DNA of 64,000 nt from the human T2T-CHM13v2.0 reference genome, Homo sapiens (GCF_009914755.1 NC_060937.1), one strand, 5' to 3'; counted from the stretch's first letter, positions 12,031 to 31,016 are shown. The notes: generated by a model from the letters alone, not told the origin. Program-made: numbers and translations.

Positions 12031-12942
12031 TTAAAAATGATTATCTTTGGGTGTTGGCTTTATGGATTATTGTTGTTCTTATTTACCTTCTTCTATATTT
12101 GTCAGTCTTTCTAGAATGATCATGCATTATTTTATAGTAATATTTTTAATTATTAAAGTTAAAACTCAAATGATAAAGCTCCATCCATTTTTGCTTAAGG
12201 AAAACTATAAATTTTGCATTTGATTTACCTGAGTTTCATCCTCTATAATAGAATGAGACATTAACTGTCACAGTTAATAAACTTATGTGTTTATTAGGAA
12301 ATCTCAGTGGGTGTAGTAACATATGCAGAGAGAAAAAGTTAATCAGATAGACACAAGGGTTTCTTATCAGAATTAAATTCTTCCTTTAAATAAAGTTGCT
12401 GAGCTAGACATTCAGCCATGGACTATTGGGATTTGATCATTCCTTTCCTTCCTCTTGTGAGTCTATATTTTTGTCTCTTTTGTGCATCCCAAGGTAAACA
12501 CAAACACTAAGAAATGGTTTAATTCATTTAACTAAATTGTAAATCCTTCATATTTAATTTACTGTCTCCTTAAGCAACTGTTTTCAACAAAGGACACTGG
12601 CACAAAAAGTTCCTACAGGAGATAATAAAATCAGTGTAGTCATTTCTAGACTAATGAATACCAATCCCAAATGAAAATAGAAAAGGTTAATTCAACATAT
12701 CTTTGAATTTCTTCTTTCCCTTTGGTACTGTGGATCCCCAAAAAACTTAAATTTTACTACAGCTATTGGCCTCTAAAAGCCAATACCAATTTCAGCACTG
12801 GGTCCACTGAAATTCTATCCGAAGATATCAGAACTTCAGTGATTTGTGTCCCTCCAAACACTATGCAAAACACATTATTTGTGTGACAGTCAAAAGTGGC
12901 ATTATAAATCCACTGTGTTTGCAAATGAGCATATGACTGTAG

Positions 12943-12944
<2 letters not shown>

Positions 12945-12975
<31 letters not shown>
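12945..12975. repeat. (CA)n microsatellite
   Basis: About 15 CA units. Confidence 0.95.
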
Positions 12976-12978
<3 letters not shown>

Positions 12979-14402
12979 ACACACGAACAATACTCTCTGG
13001 GCTTATTAATAGTATATTTCCTCTGCAATTTACTTCAAGGAAGGGCTAAGAATGAATTTGCCTGACATATAATAATACAAACATATTTTGTTTTGTAGGA
13101 CCATAGATATAGAAGAGGTCACGGTTCCATTAATATCACCAGTAAAACCACTTACTACTCCCGTAGGACACATCTGTCTTTGTCACAAAATTAAAAATGA
13201 CTTCCAATCCCAGCCAGCACTGCAGAGTGATTTCCTGAGACCAAATTGGCTGGTTGTTGAAAGAGTGAGGAAGAGCTGCTCCAAAGACTGCCGGTGTACT
13301 GGCAGCTCAGACACACTGTCACCAGGGACTCATGCCAACACTCAGCTAGGTGGAGGTCACACTGCCCTCACCTCTCTGAACTCTTAGAGCTCAAAGCAGT
13401 GACAGGAAACTGGCATAGAATATGAGGTTTTCTCACCCACTGGGAGTATCTGGGCTGTCACCTATCCTTCAGGACAACAAGTGGGCTCAGACACAGAGAA
13501 AGATCAAACAGGGACCCTTGCTCAGAATGGAACGATGTCTATTTTTTAAATGTGTTTTTTCCTTTTGAAATCTGTAATCATGCTGGCACATTGAAGCATA
13601 CAGACATAGTGGCCCCTGCATGTTATCCTCAATGGATTCCATTTCCAACTGGCATCACCTGGGAGCTCTGCTGTGTTCAGAGCAAGTAAACAATGTTCAA
13701 AATTTAGGACTTGTGACTTGAAGAGGAGTTCAAGAGTAAACACATTGTTTTCTAGCACATGTACATATTTATGGTTTTTACAAAGTTTTTCCTGGTTGCC
13801 TTTCTTTTAATTGCATTTTTATCCTGGTCATGAGGACATCTAGTCATTTTAAAGGAGGGTATGATTTTCATTTACTGAAGATGAAGGGGAGAGGATAAAA
13901 AATGAATTAACCAATCCCATGAAAAGGGTTCTATCTAGACATAAGAGTTTTCACATCACACAGATCTTCATATTGTGGACCGTAAGTAATACTCAAGGAG
14001 AATGTACTGATTGGTAAAATATTTTATTTGAAATATGAGCAAGAAAAGAAAACAGGCAGGTTCTTCCATGACTTACACTGCCTATCAAAGCCACTGACAA
14101 CTCAAAACAGAGCTTTGGAGCAACCACAAGAAAGTTGGAGTAGTTATACTAACATCAGACAAAATAGACTTTTAAATAAGAAATTATTAGTGAGGAAATG
14201 GTTAGTGAAGATAGAGAGGGGTGTTTGATAATATTAAGAGGGTCAATCCTTGAGGAAGATATAACAATTAAAAACATATATGTACCTAATAACAGAGCAC
14301 TAACACACAGGAAGCAAAACCTGACAGAATCAAAGGGAGAAATAGACAGTTCAACAATAACAGGTGAAGATTTCAATACCCCACTTTCAATAGTAGATAG
14401 TG

Positions 14403-14727
<325 letters not shown>

Positions 14728-15430
14728 CTAGTAGAACACCAGAACAACACTACTAACCAACTATACCCAACGACATCTATAGAACACTTCACCCATCACA
14801 GCAGGGTATATATTTTCCTCAAGTGCACATGAAACATTCTCCAAGATAGACCATATGCTAGACCATAAAACAAACCTCAATAAATTTAAAAGGATAGAAA
14901 TAATACAAAGTATGTTGTCTGAATACAGTGGAATGCAATTAAAAATCAATAACAGAAATAAATTTGAAAAATTCACAAATATGTGGAAATTGACACATCC
15001 CTAAATAATCAATGGGTCAAAGAAGAAATTTAAAAAGAAATTAGAAAATACTTTGGTATGAATGTAAATGAAGACACAGCATACTAAAATTTACGGGATG
15101 AAGCTAAAACAGTGTTTAGAGGGGAATTTATAGCTATAAATGCTTATATTGATAAAGAAGAAACATCTCAAATCAATAACCTAAACTTCCACCTTAGAAC
15201 ATTGAGTAAAGAACAGAAAACTAAACCTAGAGAAAGCATAAGGGAGAAAATAATAAAGATTATAGTAGAAATTAAAGAGAATGCAAAACAACAGAATAAA
15301 TTAGTTTCATTAATTTTCTAAACCAAAAGCTGGTTCTTTGAAAAGACAAACACAACTAATAAACCTTAAGCCAGACAAGCCAAGAAAAAAAGAGACAAGA
15401 CTCAAATTACTAGATTCAGAAATGAAACAG

Positions 15431-15707
15431 GGCCAGGTGCAGTGGCTCATGCCCGTAATCCCAGCACTTTGGGAGGCTGAGACGGGTGGATTATCTGAGG
15501 CAAGGGTTCAAGACCAGCCTGGCCAACATGGTGAAAACCCATCTCTACTAAAAATACAAAAATTAGCCAGGCATGATGGTGGACTCCTGTAATCCCAGCT
15601 ACTCAGGAGGCTAAGGCAGGAGAATCGCTTGAACCCAGGTGGCAGAGGTTGCAGGAGCCGAGATTGTGCCACTGCACTCCAGCCTGGGTGACAGAGCTAG
15701 ACTAAAA
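15431..15707 (+). mobile_element. AluS nested in L1
   Basis: Full dimer with exact 13-bp TSD AGAAATGAAACAG (15418-15430 and 15708-15720). Confidence 0.96.
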
Positions 15708-17435
15708 AGAAATGAAACAGTGGACATTACTATTAAAATTATAAATTAAAAAGCATTATGAAGGAATATTATAATTATATGCCATTACATTAGATCACAG
15801 ATGAAATGGATAAATGCCGGGAAAGACACAAACTACTGAAACAAGCTCAACAAGAATTAGACAACCCAAGCAGACTTTTAACAAGAGATTGAATTGTAAC
15901 AACAACAACAACAACAACAACAAGCTGCTCACGAGGGAAAGTCAGGGCCCAGATGGCAAGTCAATTCTACCAAACATAAAGAACTAATACCAATTTTTCA
16001 CAAACTTTTCCAAAAAATAGAAGAGAAGAGAAAACTTTCCAACTCATTCTAGGAGGCTAGTTTTACTCTGATATCAAAATCAAAGACATCACAAGAAAAT
16101 GACAAACCAATATCTATTACGAATATAGCTGCAAAAAACTCAATAAAGTACTAGCAAACTGAATTCAGAAACATATAAAAAGAATTATATACAATGCCCA
16201 AGTGGGATTTTTTTCAGGAATGCAAGATTGGTTTAACATCCAAAAACCAATGTAATTACTATATCATGTCAATAGAATAAAAATCAAAACCCACATGACT
16301 ATCTTAAAATGGCAGAAGAAGGATTTGACAAAAATCCAAGCTCCTTTCGTGATGTAAACACTCAGGAAAATGGGAATTGCACTGAATTTCCTCAACCTAA
16401 TAAATGGCATCTAGAAAAAACCCTACGTCTAACATCATATTTAATGGTGAAGCACTGGAAGTTTCCCCCTAAGATCAGGAATAAGACATCGTTGTCCACC
16501 CTCACCGCTTCTATTCAATAGTGTACTAGAGGTTCCAGACAGAGCAATTGGGCAAGAAAAATAAATCCAGATTGGGAAGATCAAAATGGTACAGGTATTT
16601 TGGAAAACAGTCTCTGTTTTCAGATGACATGATCTTACAAAATGCTAAGGAATCCACTAAAAAACTACTAGAATTAATAAATGAGTTCAGCAAGATTGCA
16701 GGATACAATGTACAAAATGAATTATATTCCTATACATTTGCGATGAACAATCTGAATGTGAAATTAAGAAAACAATTCCATTTATAACAGCATCAAAAAG
16801 AATAATGTGTTTAGGAATATATTTAACAAAAGAAATGTACAACTTATACTTTGAAAACTATAAGACATTGTGGAAAGAAATTAAAGAAGATCTACTAAGT
16901 GGGAAACATCTCATGTTCATGGATTAGAAGACTTAATATTGTTAAGATGTTAATGTCCCCCAAATTGATCTACAGATTAAATGCAATAACTGTAAGAATC
17001 CCAGATGACTTCACAGAAATTGACAAGGTGATTCTAAAATTCATATGAAATTGCAAGAGACCCAGAATAGACAAAACAATCTTGAAAAGCAAAAACAATC
17101 TTGGAAGACCGCACTCCACATTTCTTGATTTCAGATGAAAACTACAATGATCAAGACAGTGTGGTGCTGGCACAATGGATTAGTGGAATAGAATTGAGAC
17201 TCCAGAGATGAACCCATGTGTCTATGGCCACTTGATTTTCAAGGAGACCATTCAGTGGGGAAAGAATAATCTTTTCAACAAATGGTGCTGGAACAGCTCC
17301 ACATGCAAAAGAATGGAGTTGTACTCTTATATCACACCATATACAAATATTAACCAAAAACTGCTAACTATAAAAAATATATATTTTATAGTTATATAAT
17401 ATATAATATATTATATATTTTATATATATTTGCAA

Positions 17436-17717
17436 AAGGGTCTCACTTTTCTGGGCTGAAGTGCAGTGGCAGGACCATGGCTCACTGCAGCTTCAACATC
17501 CCAGGCGCAAGTGATGCCCCCACCTCAGCCTCCTGAGTAGCTCAGACTATAGGAATGTGCCACCACACCCAGCTAATTTTTTTTAAAAAATTTTTTTGTA
17601 GAGATAAGGGTTTCACTATGTTGCCAGGGCTGGTCTCAAACTCCTGGGCTCAAGCAGTCCTCCTGCCCCGGTCTCCCAAAGTGCTGGGATTGCAGGCATG
17701 AGCCACCACACCTGGCC
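17436..17717 (-). mobile_element. AluJ-like nested in L1, next to a TA-rich tract (17368-17430)
   Basis: Reverse-complement Alu with J-type features (ctcctgggctcaagc). Confidence 0.93.
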
Positions 17718-19229
17718 TAATACAATATTCTCAGAAGAAACCAGAGGTAAATCTTCATGATCTCAAATATGGCATTGGATTCTTATATATGATACCAAAA
17801 GCACAAGCAACACAAGAAAAAATAAACTGAACTTTATTAAAATTTGAAACTTGCATGCTTCAAAGAACACTGTGTAGAAAGTGAAAAGGTAACCCAAAGA
17901 ATGGGAGAAAACATTTGCAAATTATATATCTCATAAGGGACTTAAATCTGGAATGTATAAAATATATTTTTATATGCCTCAAATATATTTTTAAAATCTA
18001 CATATATAATATATAAACATATGTTTAGAATACATAAAAATCTAGATATATTATGTATCTATATATTATATCTCTAGAACATATAAAATATATTATAATA
18101 TACAATTGTATGAAATAATAAAAAGTTGAAGAACTCTTACAACTCAGTAATAAAGACAAGCTAATTAAAAATGGGAAAAGGATCTGAACTGACATTTACC
18201 CAAAGAAGATAAACAAGCAGGGAATAAACAAATGAAAAGATACTTAACATCATAAGCCATCATGGAAATACCAATCAAAACCACAATGAGATTCACTGCA
18301 TACCCACTAAAATGGCTATAATAAAAAAGACATAATTACAAGTGTTGGCAAGGATGTGGAGCAACTGGAACTCTCATCCACTGCTGGTGGGAATGTGAAG
18401 TAGTGCACCCACTTTGGAAAGCAGTCTGGCAGTTCCTCAAATTGTTAAACATAGAGTTACCAGATGACCCAGCAATTCCACCCCTAGGTATCTACCCAAG
18501 TGAATGAAAACTTGTGTCCACACAAAAGCTTGTACACAAATGTTTACTGTAGCACTATTCATAATAGGCAAAAGGTGGAAGCAACTCAAATGTCCATCAG
18601 TTGATTGATGGATAGCTAAAATGTGATATGTCCATACAATGGAATATTACTCAGAAATAGAAAGAAATCAAGTGCTGATACATGCATGATACATGAAAGA
18701 ACCTCAAAAATATTATGCTGAGTGAAAGAAATTAGTCACAAAAGACTACAAATTATGTATTCTATTTATATAAAATATCCATGAGACAAATCTATGGGAA
18801 CAGAAAGTAGATAAGTGGTTGTTTAGGGCTGGGGGGATAAGGGGTGATAGCTAAAGGCTATGGAGTTTATTTTGAGACAATGACATGTTCTAAAATTGAC
18901 CGTGATGATGATGGTTGCATATATCTGTCAATATGCTACAAACCACTGAATCATCATTTTAAATGGGTGTGGTATGTAAATTATATCTCAATAAAACTTA
19001 TTTTGAATTAAAACAGAGGTTTAGTCTCTTTCTTAGAAATGATGATCCACTGTTTCCTGAGCTGGCTGAGCTGGAATGGTTCCCAGAGATCTCCCAGGGT
19101 AAACTCCTCACCTTATGAGTCTTTGCAGCATTTCTCTCCCATTCCCCTCCTGCATCCAGTTTAGGCCACTCACAAAAAATAAAATTTTCCCCTGTGATAG
19201 AACCATCATGATTTAAATATGTCTTTCAA

Positions 19230-19514
19230 GGTTGGGTGCGATGGCTCACACTTGTAATTCCAGCACTTTGGGAGCCCAAGACAGAAGCATTGCTTGAGGC
19301 TAGGAGTTTGAGATCAGCCAGGGCAACACAGTGAGACCCCATGTCTACAAAAAAATTTTAAAAATTAGCTGGGCATGGTGGTACACACCTATAGTCCCAG
19401 CTACTCTGGAGGCTAAGATAGGAGGATCAATCGAAGCCCAGGAATTCAAGGCTGCAGTGTCACTGCACTCTGGCCTGGGCGACAGAGCAAGACCCTGTCT
19501 CTAAGAAAAAAAAA
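19230..19514 (+). mobile_element. AluJ-like SINE
   Basis: Diverged dimer (aggaattcaaggctgcagtg), flanked by atgtctttca / atgtccttca. Confidence 0.93.
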
Positions 19515-20721
19515 TGTCCTTCAGTTCCTTGTTGGCAGTCCCTGGTGGGCAGGTGGCATAATGAAACATCTCTGCCTTCACATAGATGGGAATACTTGCC
19601 TGGTGTGTGTGGGTATTATAGTCCACATGGAATGCGCAATTTAATATCTCCTAGTAAGCTATCCTGATTATCCAAATGAATATCTTAAGAACCTCAACTA
19701 TAATTTATCAGCTAAAAATATAACAACTGTCGCCACTATTGGTGGATTCATATACAAATTCAAAGGTGATAAAAAATCTCACTGAGACTGGCTTAGGAAT
19801 ATCAGAAATCAGTTGCTAGTTTCTGCCATCCAGACAGACACTTACATGTTACACAAATATTTCTATTTGAGCAGGGTAAACTTAGAGAAAAGTCATTGTG
19901 TTTCAGACTCAAGATGCCATTCTGAAATGAAACATTTAAAAATGTATTATTTGTGTGGTAAAAAATAAGAAGTGCCTCTTTCTAAAAAAGAGCTCTTTGC
20001 CTACTACCTGCCTGTCCTCAGAAGAAAGACATTGCTTTTTGTTTTGTTTTGTTTTGTTTGTTTTGCATTGCTTCACTTATAACAGCAGATCGAACAGCAA
20101 GAGCAGAGCAAAGGAGAAGAATTAGAAAGGAGGAACAGGAGTGGTGGTTCCTTTTCTCCTTCCTCTGGCTTCGCCTAAGCCCCCTGGGATGCTCTTTGGA
20201 ATGTGGGTGTCTAGCGGCAGGGGATCAGGAAAACCGATCCCCTCAATCCAATGTCCAGCAGAGGCGGACACATGGCACACTGTCAACAGATGTTTATGGA
20301 GAAGATATAAGATTGAAGCAAGCAAGAAAGGTGAAATCAGGACGTATTATGTACCCAGCACTGTGCACACGGACAGTCCCTGGACTCCAGTCCTCAGAGT
20401 CTAGCTGAGCAGACACACACACACCTCACACACAAGAGTGCTCATGTTGATTAGAGGAAACAGTACTGATACCTGCCTTGAAGGGAAGTAGGGACCTCAT
20501 TTTAAAAATTTACAGCTAAGATCTGAGTAAGTGAGTTGAAGATCTCAGTGAGAGTGGAATGCTGGCTAGATTTAAGCTTGATGGACTGTAAGATTAAGAA
20601 TGTCTCAGCTTTCTGTGCTCTCTGGGTTTTCACACTAAGCTGGCTGGCGGTTTCTAGGTTCTGTTAACCAGATGACTGACCTCAGTCAGAGATCTTCATC
20701 TTGATCAGTTGAGACATCTCA

Positions 20722-20832
20722 GAAGAAAAAGAGAAAGGGAGAAGGGAAGGAGGGAGGAAAGGAGGGAGAGAGGGAGAAAAGAAGGAAGGAGAGAGGAAGG
20801 GAGGGAGGGAAATGAAAAAGAAAAAGCAAGGA
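20722..20832. repeat. GA-rich low-complexity tract
   Basis: Nearly pure purine run on the + strand. Confidence 0.9.
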
Positions 20833-21369
20833 ACTCTAATGGATTACTATAAATCTTTCTTCTACTGCTAAGATTTTTGGCCATGTCCCAAGTCCTATTA
20901 TTTATTCCCAGCTCTGCCTCTGAATCATAACATTATAAAACTGTCAAAGGACTTTTAAGATGCCCTAATTCTGCCTATCATGTTACAGATGAGAAAACTG
21001 AGGCCCAGAGAGGAGAGACTGTCCCACAAGCACAGGAATACAATTAATGGCTGAGCAAAAACTGAATTTACGCTTCCTGATCTGAGGCTAGTCTCCCTCC
21101 ACCACACCAAAATCTGGCCCTGACACTCCTCAATGACTCAAGCGTGACAATTACATCTTCAAATATCCACACTCAGTGGGAGAAATGAGGGCCCAGAAAC
21201 AGGGGTAGCATGGGGCCTTCTGACGGGGACTAGAAATGGGAAGCAACGGACTGATGAAGACTCACCGCGGAAACCAAGCTTCAGTCATTGGACCCTCTGC
21301 TTAGCTCTCTGCTGTAAGGTGCTGAGGACTTTTTAGGAGATGGTGAGGACAACCTCAGAACCAACAGTT

Positions 21370-21684
<315 letters not shown>

Positions 21685-22109
21685 TCACACCAGAGCAAGC
21701 CCTGTTTTCTGGAGCCTGGGGAGGAAATTCCCTCTCAGGGGCAGAGGATGCCTGGTCAGACTCCTCTCCAGCAGGGACACTGGGGACAGTGGGTTTTCCG
21801 AGAGGACAGCCCCGATGCATTCCATCAGCATAGCTGTGTGCGGGGCGGCGGGGGAGGGGAGCGGGTCGGGGTGGAGGAGGGCAGTTGAGGGGAGGCAGGA
21901 GTCAGGGGAGGAGTCGGGCTGTGTCGAAGTGCTGCGCTGATGACCTGCGCCACCACGGGACTCTCTAGGGCTCAGCTTCCTCATCTGGAATGTGGGACAG
22001 GCACTTTCCTGTTCCTAAACTCGCGATTTGTTATGCATTCATTTGAAATGTTCACACTGGGCGTAGCACACTGACATCCCTCCGGGGGCCAGACACACGA
22101 GTGGAGGAA

Positions 22110-22378
22110 CTGGAGGTGGGACAGGAGGTGTTGTGGCAGCTGGGAACGTGAGCCCATGCCTGAAGGGGCCGTCCCTGCTTGCTGCAGTCCATTGTTGCCA
22201 AGTGGAAATATGCGCCAGTGTGGCTAGTGTTTCCAGTTTTTAAAGATAAGTAGGAAATGAAATTTTTACGTGAACTCTTCTAGCTATTAAGCATTGGCAG
22301 CTAAAAGTGCTGTGTCTGCCAATCAAAACATGTGTGCCAGCTGAATCCAGCCTGCATACTTCCAGTTTGCAACCCTGC
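22110..22378 (-). mobile_element. hAT-Charlie relic (MER102-like)
   Basis: End ...ccagtttgcaaccctg and 'caaaacatgtgtg...gaatccagcc' resemble the recalled MER102 terminus. Left boundary uncertain. Confidence 0.6.
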
Positions 22379-22459
22379 ATGCACTCCTGTCCCTTCTCTC
22401 CCATTTTATAATGCACACAAAGTTCTGAGGGAGTTGGGGTGGGAGCCCAGGCAAGGACA

Positions 22460-22690
22460 CGTTAGAAAGACCGGGGGCTTTGGAGTCAACCAGACTTGAG
22501 CCCAAAGCTTTGACAGGATAATTTACGAAGTATGCAGCCTTAAACATGGTATTGAATTTCTTTAACTTTTCTGTAAAGGAATTTCTCTTATTGGGTTGTT
22601 TCGAGGATGAAATGAGATGATGTATGTATTAATAACAAGCCTGAGCCGGACATTAATAAACGATAGTGACCTACACCAGGTGCTTAATGA
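22460..22690 (+). mobile_element. MIR SINE
   Basis: gctttggagtca...gggttgtt...gaggatgaaatgaga. Confidence 0.7.
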
Positions 22691-23188
22691 ATCCCAGCAG
22701 AGGAAAGGTCCTGAGGCCTCATCTGATCTGGTCCCATCAAGTGAGTGTCTGCTTCCTAGATGCGTGGGGACTAATCACTCCCAAGACATTCCTTCCTTCC
22801 ACTTTGGGACAGCTTTGCATGTCAGAAAGTGTTTCCTTAAGTCAAGCTGAAATTCTTAGATAGTTGTTCTGCCATCTAGGATTATAAAGACGAAGCTTAA
22901 TCTCTTTTTCACATAAGAGAACTTTGAATGAGACTGTCACTCATGTCTCCTATTTTCCCACCCAGTTCTTTATATTTTTAGATTAAATATTTAAGTCCTT
23001 TCAATTGCTTCTTGCCAATGAAAATAATAAAATCATCAAATTACTTCATGCTCACAACCCTATGAGGCAGGCACCCATTTTAAAGATGATGACAATGAAG
23101 TGTAAAGGGATTAATAATTTGCTTGAAATTCCTATTTTTAATGTCCCTCTTGAGGTGTAAACTAAACAGCAAGTCTGGCACCACCTAA

Positions 23189-23650
<462 letters not shown>

Positions 23651-24014
23651 AGGGTGCTACATATTTCTTAATGTATCCCAAGGTTGGATACATTCTCTTG
23701 GTAAATATGGAGTCAACTGAAAGTCTGAAGTCTTTTGCATGTGTGCTGTCTCAGCAATGGCTTCCCCCATCCAGTACTAGGGTAGTTAGTGGGTTTTGCA
23801 AGCCAAATACAGGCCTTTACATGTATTCCTGTTAAATCTCATTTTGCTAATCCCTGTTCACTGCTCTAGTTTGTTGGAAAATTTTGGGATCGTGATTTAG
23901 TCACATGACATGATTTTGACCCCCACATTTGTCTCATTTTCTCAATGTGCCCTCAATTTCCTTTTTAAAGTCAAGGAAGTCAGGTAAGACTAATATACTT
24001 AAAAATCCCATGTT

Positions 24015-24300
24015 TCTTTCATTTAACAAAGATTTACTGAGCACCTTCTGTGTACTATACCCTGTGCTGGGTCCTGGGGCTATCATGGTAAGCAGGACGA
24101 ACTCAGTCCTGTCCGTAGAGCTTGTGAGAGGTGAGTCCTGTGTGAAAGGTCAGTAGGAGCACCATCCCGAGTTTGGGGGTGCCTAGGGTGCTTCCCAGAG
24201 GGGGGATATTTAACTTGAGACCTGAAAAGTGAGGAAGAGTGAGCTGTTACAGAAGAGCTGGGTGGGGGGAGTGGGGAAGGGTGGAATGTCCCAGGCAGAG
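24015..24300 (-). mobile_element. L2 3' fragment
   Basis: tcatttaacaaagatttactgagcacct...tgtgctgggtcctgggg, the reverse complement of the L2 3' end. Confidence 0.75.
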
Positions 24301-24799
24301 CACCCCCAGTCCACACCCCTCTTACTGCTCTTTCCCCAGTATGGTTAATTGTAACTCATTTTCTTTGACCTACCAAACTGCAGGCCCCTTAAAAGTTGTT
24401 GGTATCATCTTTGTACTTCCTACTGTGTCCAGCACGGTGTTTTTCACACACAGGGATTACTACCAATCACTACTGCCTCCTAAGTGTTAGGCAGTCTGTA
24501 TTGTCTCATGTAGTCTCCTAATAGCCCCTGAAGTAATACTCTTCTCATTTTACAGTTGAGAAAACCAAGCTCAAAAAATGGTAATAATGAGTGGTAGTAT
24601 TAATAATAATAAACTCGTATATAGTGCATACTATACACCAAACACCGTCCTAAATGTTTTGCACATATGCACTCTTGATTATGGGAGGTGGTTATAGGCA
24701 AGAACTTTGTTGCCATCTCTGCCATACACTAGTTATATAACCTTGAAAAAGCTACTTAACCTTTCTGAGAAATAAATGGAGATGACTGTGATAATACTT

Positions 24800-27400
<2,601 letters not shown>

Positions 27401-28139
27401 AATCATACACACACACACACACATAGACATGCACACACATCTAATTTTTAAAATGAGAGCACTACTTCACAGGGTTGTTGTAAGGATAAAATCTGTTAAT
27501 GAATGCAAAGTGCTTAGGATGGCACCCAGCATGGATTAAGACCCACCTAAATGTTAACCATTCTCCTTATTAAGCAATTTGTCCAAAGTCAAAGACCTAG
27601 TGAGTATCCGAACAGGGATTTGAAAGCAGTCTGAAGCCTGGATCATGTTGTTTCAACTGTAGCTTATTAATTGACATTTGATGAAGGAAGGAAGGAAGGG
27701 AGGGGTGTTTACTGCTTTAGTAAGCTACCTATTTTGAACAACACAATCAGCTAGCCAACATAATTCAGCAAAAATACATCAAATGACACACAACAAATAT
27801 TTTAAATAGTTAAAGGAAAAACTGTAGAATATTAGAACTGGAAGGACCATAAAGATAAAAACAGATCACCTCCTCATCTCCAAGCAAGGCAAGCATTTCA
27901 TTATCATTGTTGAAGTTATGAAATGCCAGAAACTTAAAGCCTTTTCAGCTTAAGGGGATTTCTTCTGAAAAAGTCCCTTGCTTATTTTTCTTAAAAGATC
28001 ACTTGAGGGAGAGTTTTTAAAATCCTTAAAACCATAAAGTTTTGATCAATTGTTTTTCACACTTCTTGATTGTAGGGGAAAAATGAGAGAATATGGTCAA
28101 TTTTATTACCTTTGGACTTCATTGCCATCTTTAGATTTC

Positions 28140-28453
<314 letters not shown>

Positions 28454-31013
28454 CATCTTTAGATTTCATAATTCCACCACAGTCATCAACTTTTCAAAGC
28501 CTTAAATTGTGTCCAAGTGGCTTATTCAGGACTATGTTCATTCTGATTATTTTTGAGTACTTATATAGTTCTACTAAATGCCTGATGATGTATAACTGCG
28601 TCGTTGCTAGTAAGTCTTAGCAATGTGGCTCTAGAGGGATGGCATGCCAAATTTTTTCTGGTATGGATTTTAGAGAGCCCCAGAAATTGTTTTCTCTCTG
28701 AGGGAATGGCCTGAACATTTTACATGTCCACACACCAAGTGCTAAGGATGAAATTATTAGGACATCCTAGGAGAATACAGGGTCTGGGGCAGGGGCCAAA
28801 GAGAGAAGATGCATTTGTTCCTGACTGCCAGCAAGTCTACCAATGTGAGTGGCTTCTGTCCCAATCATATATCAGGGTCTTCTATAGTCAAGCTCCCTTA
28901 GTGTTTAATGACAGAAATGTTTTTAGAAGGGAAATGTGACATGTCAGGGCTTAAAGATATCAAGAATGTCTTCCATCCAATTTCCACGTAGCTGGAAAGG
29001 AAAATGGTTAAGAGTTAAGTTACTGTTCTCTAAACTCTCACCATGTGGTCCTAATCAGCTGTCTGCCAGTGATGGATAGAATGAATAATCTCCTTCATAC
29101 TTCAGCCCTAGAAGGAGTGCACAGCCAGGATGTAGAGGGGTCTATTTCCCAAGAAAAAAACTGCGATTGCAAACAACATCATCAGTGTGTATTTTAAACC
29201 CTAGAAATATCTGTTTCCCCTCTTTCACATCTTTATCAAAATGAAAAAATAAATCCAGCAAAACCTGACCTTGCACTAGGTTTTTGATGAAGATGTGTGC
29301 AGATGGGCCAGAAAATTCCTAGGAGTTCTTTAGAGAATTTGAAGGATAATTCTGCAGATGCACGTCAGTCTCAGGTTGCTGCCATTTTAGGAATCTCACC
29401 TGGGTTTCCAGACATGTCATCCAGAGACTGAGAGTCCTACCTTTGTTCACCCCAACATGTTCACCTGTCTCCTGAGCAAATGCATCCAGTAGGGATGTGA
29501 GAGGAAAAACAGGATCCATCACCCAACCTGTCTGCACTTGTGGCCTCCTGGTAATGCAGGGACTCAAGCGACTCTATGGTGGGAACCCTAGACAATTCCT
29601 GATCAAAACTTTGGAAACCAGTTCCTACTGGAAGATTAGTGTTAGAAGAAACACACATTTCAGAAAATACATGGAAGGAGCCACATGTTAGGGATAGAGG
29701 TGAGATGAGTAAGGGAGGGAAGCTCTTTGGATGGGCAGGTGGAGGAGAGAATGAGGCCATGTGGAAAATGGAAATTTAAAACCAGAGAAGACTCTAGACA
29801 TTAACCAAGCAATATTAGATAACGTCATGGATTTCCTAAGAAATCTATGCCTAAAAAATTCAACCAACTAGTGTGGCTATGAGTTTGGGTTTTATTTTGG
29901 GCGCTTTCTTGTTTTCTTCCTGCAAAATGTAAACTGTTTTTGCCTATTTTCCCTTGGAGGAGAATTTTGATGAATAGAAACAATATTTTCTCTTTAAAGT
30001 TTCTCTCATGAAATTATAGTGATTCCATTGACATATTTTTGAAGCTTTGGCAATCTGTTCAGCCATGTGCTGCTCTCTGCCCAACACAGTGCTGACCTGC
30101 ATGAAAGCGTGAACACCTTCTTTCGGTCTGGGGATGAAGGGCCCACATTCCTGGTGCATTTCCATCTTACAAGGGTCCTTCTGATCCCCACAGGGGGAAA
30201 GTGGAGGCGGCAAGGCTCGGCGATGAAGCCTGCAGATTGCTACTCTGTTGATGTCCCTGCTGGTTCCATGGAGATGTTTATTGGACTTGCCATACCAGTC
30301 TGGCAGATTGGGCAACAAACACCATCTGCCCAACCATCACCCAGCTGGGCAGTGTTGACTGAGCCTTCTGTGTGTGCCAAATTGTGTCAGATCTGGGAAG
30401 GGATCTAAAGGCAGGCAGTGCTGGAGCAACAGCCACGCCTCACAGAACATGAATAGGGCTCCCCATTAGGGGCTATTAACAGAGCCCTCTTCACTCCTTA
30501 GAGACCCACTTCTGAACAATAGTTATTCTCTAAAAAATAAAACTCATGCTTTAAAAAATACTTACAAATCTGTGAGCTATGGTCCTAGAGAGTAACTGGG
30601 GGACTTCACAATTGCAGGATTCTGTGACTTTGCTTTTTATGTCTCTCACACAGGGCCTTGTGTGGAGTAGGTATGTAATCAACATCTGCAGACAGATTCC
30701 TGTTGGTGGAAACTCCTGGGCCAAGCCTCCGAGTGGGAAAACTCAGTTCAGGAGTGAAATGAGTGGATTGCACAGAACCACCAAAAGCAGTGGACCCAAA
30801 TCAGCTAAAGGAGAGGGCTTCTTTCCACTGCCACATTTTCTCCAGACCTCTGTTTCAGTACTGGTGTGCCCCTCCCCCCACCCCACCCCCCCAAAAAATC
30901 ACAGTGCTTACAATTGGCACTGCTTACCTAAATAATAGATATGGTCTATCCTGGTAACTTTTAAACTTATTATGCTAACTTTCACAAAAAGAAATACATT
31001 TTACGTCAGACCC

Positions 31014-31016
<3 letters not shown>

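Noticed and set aside
17950-18120. TA-rich tracts in L1s (also 26480-26560)
   Set aside because: Ordinary low-complexity slippage inside old L1 sequence, with no higher-order structure.
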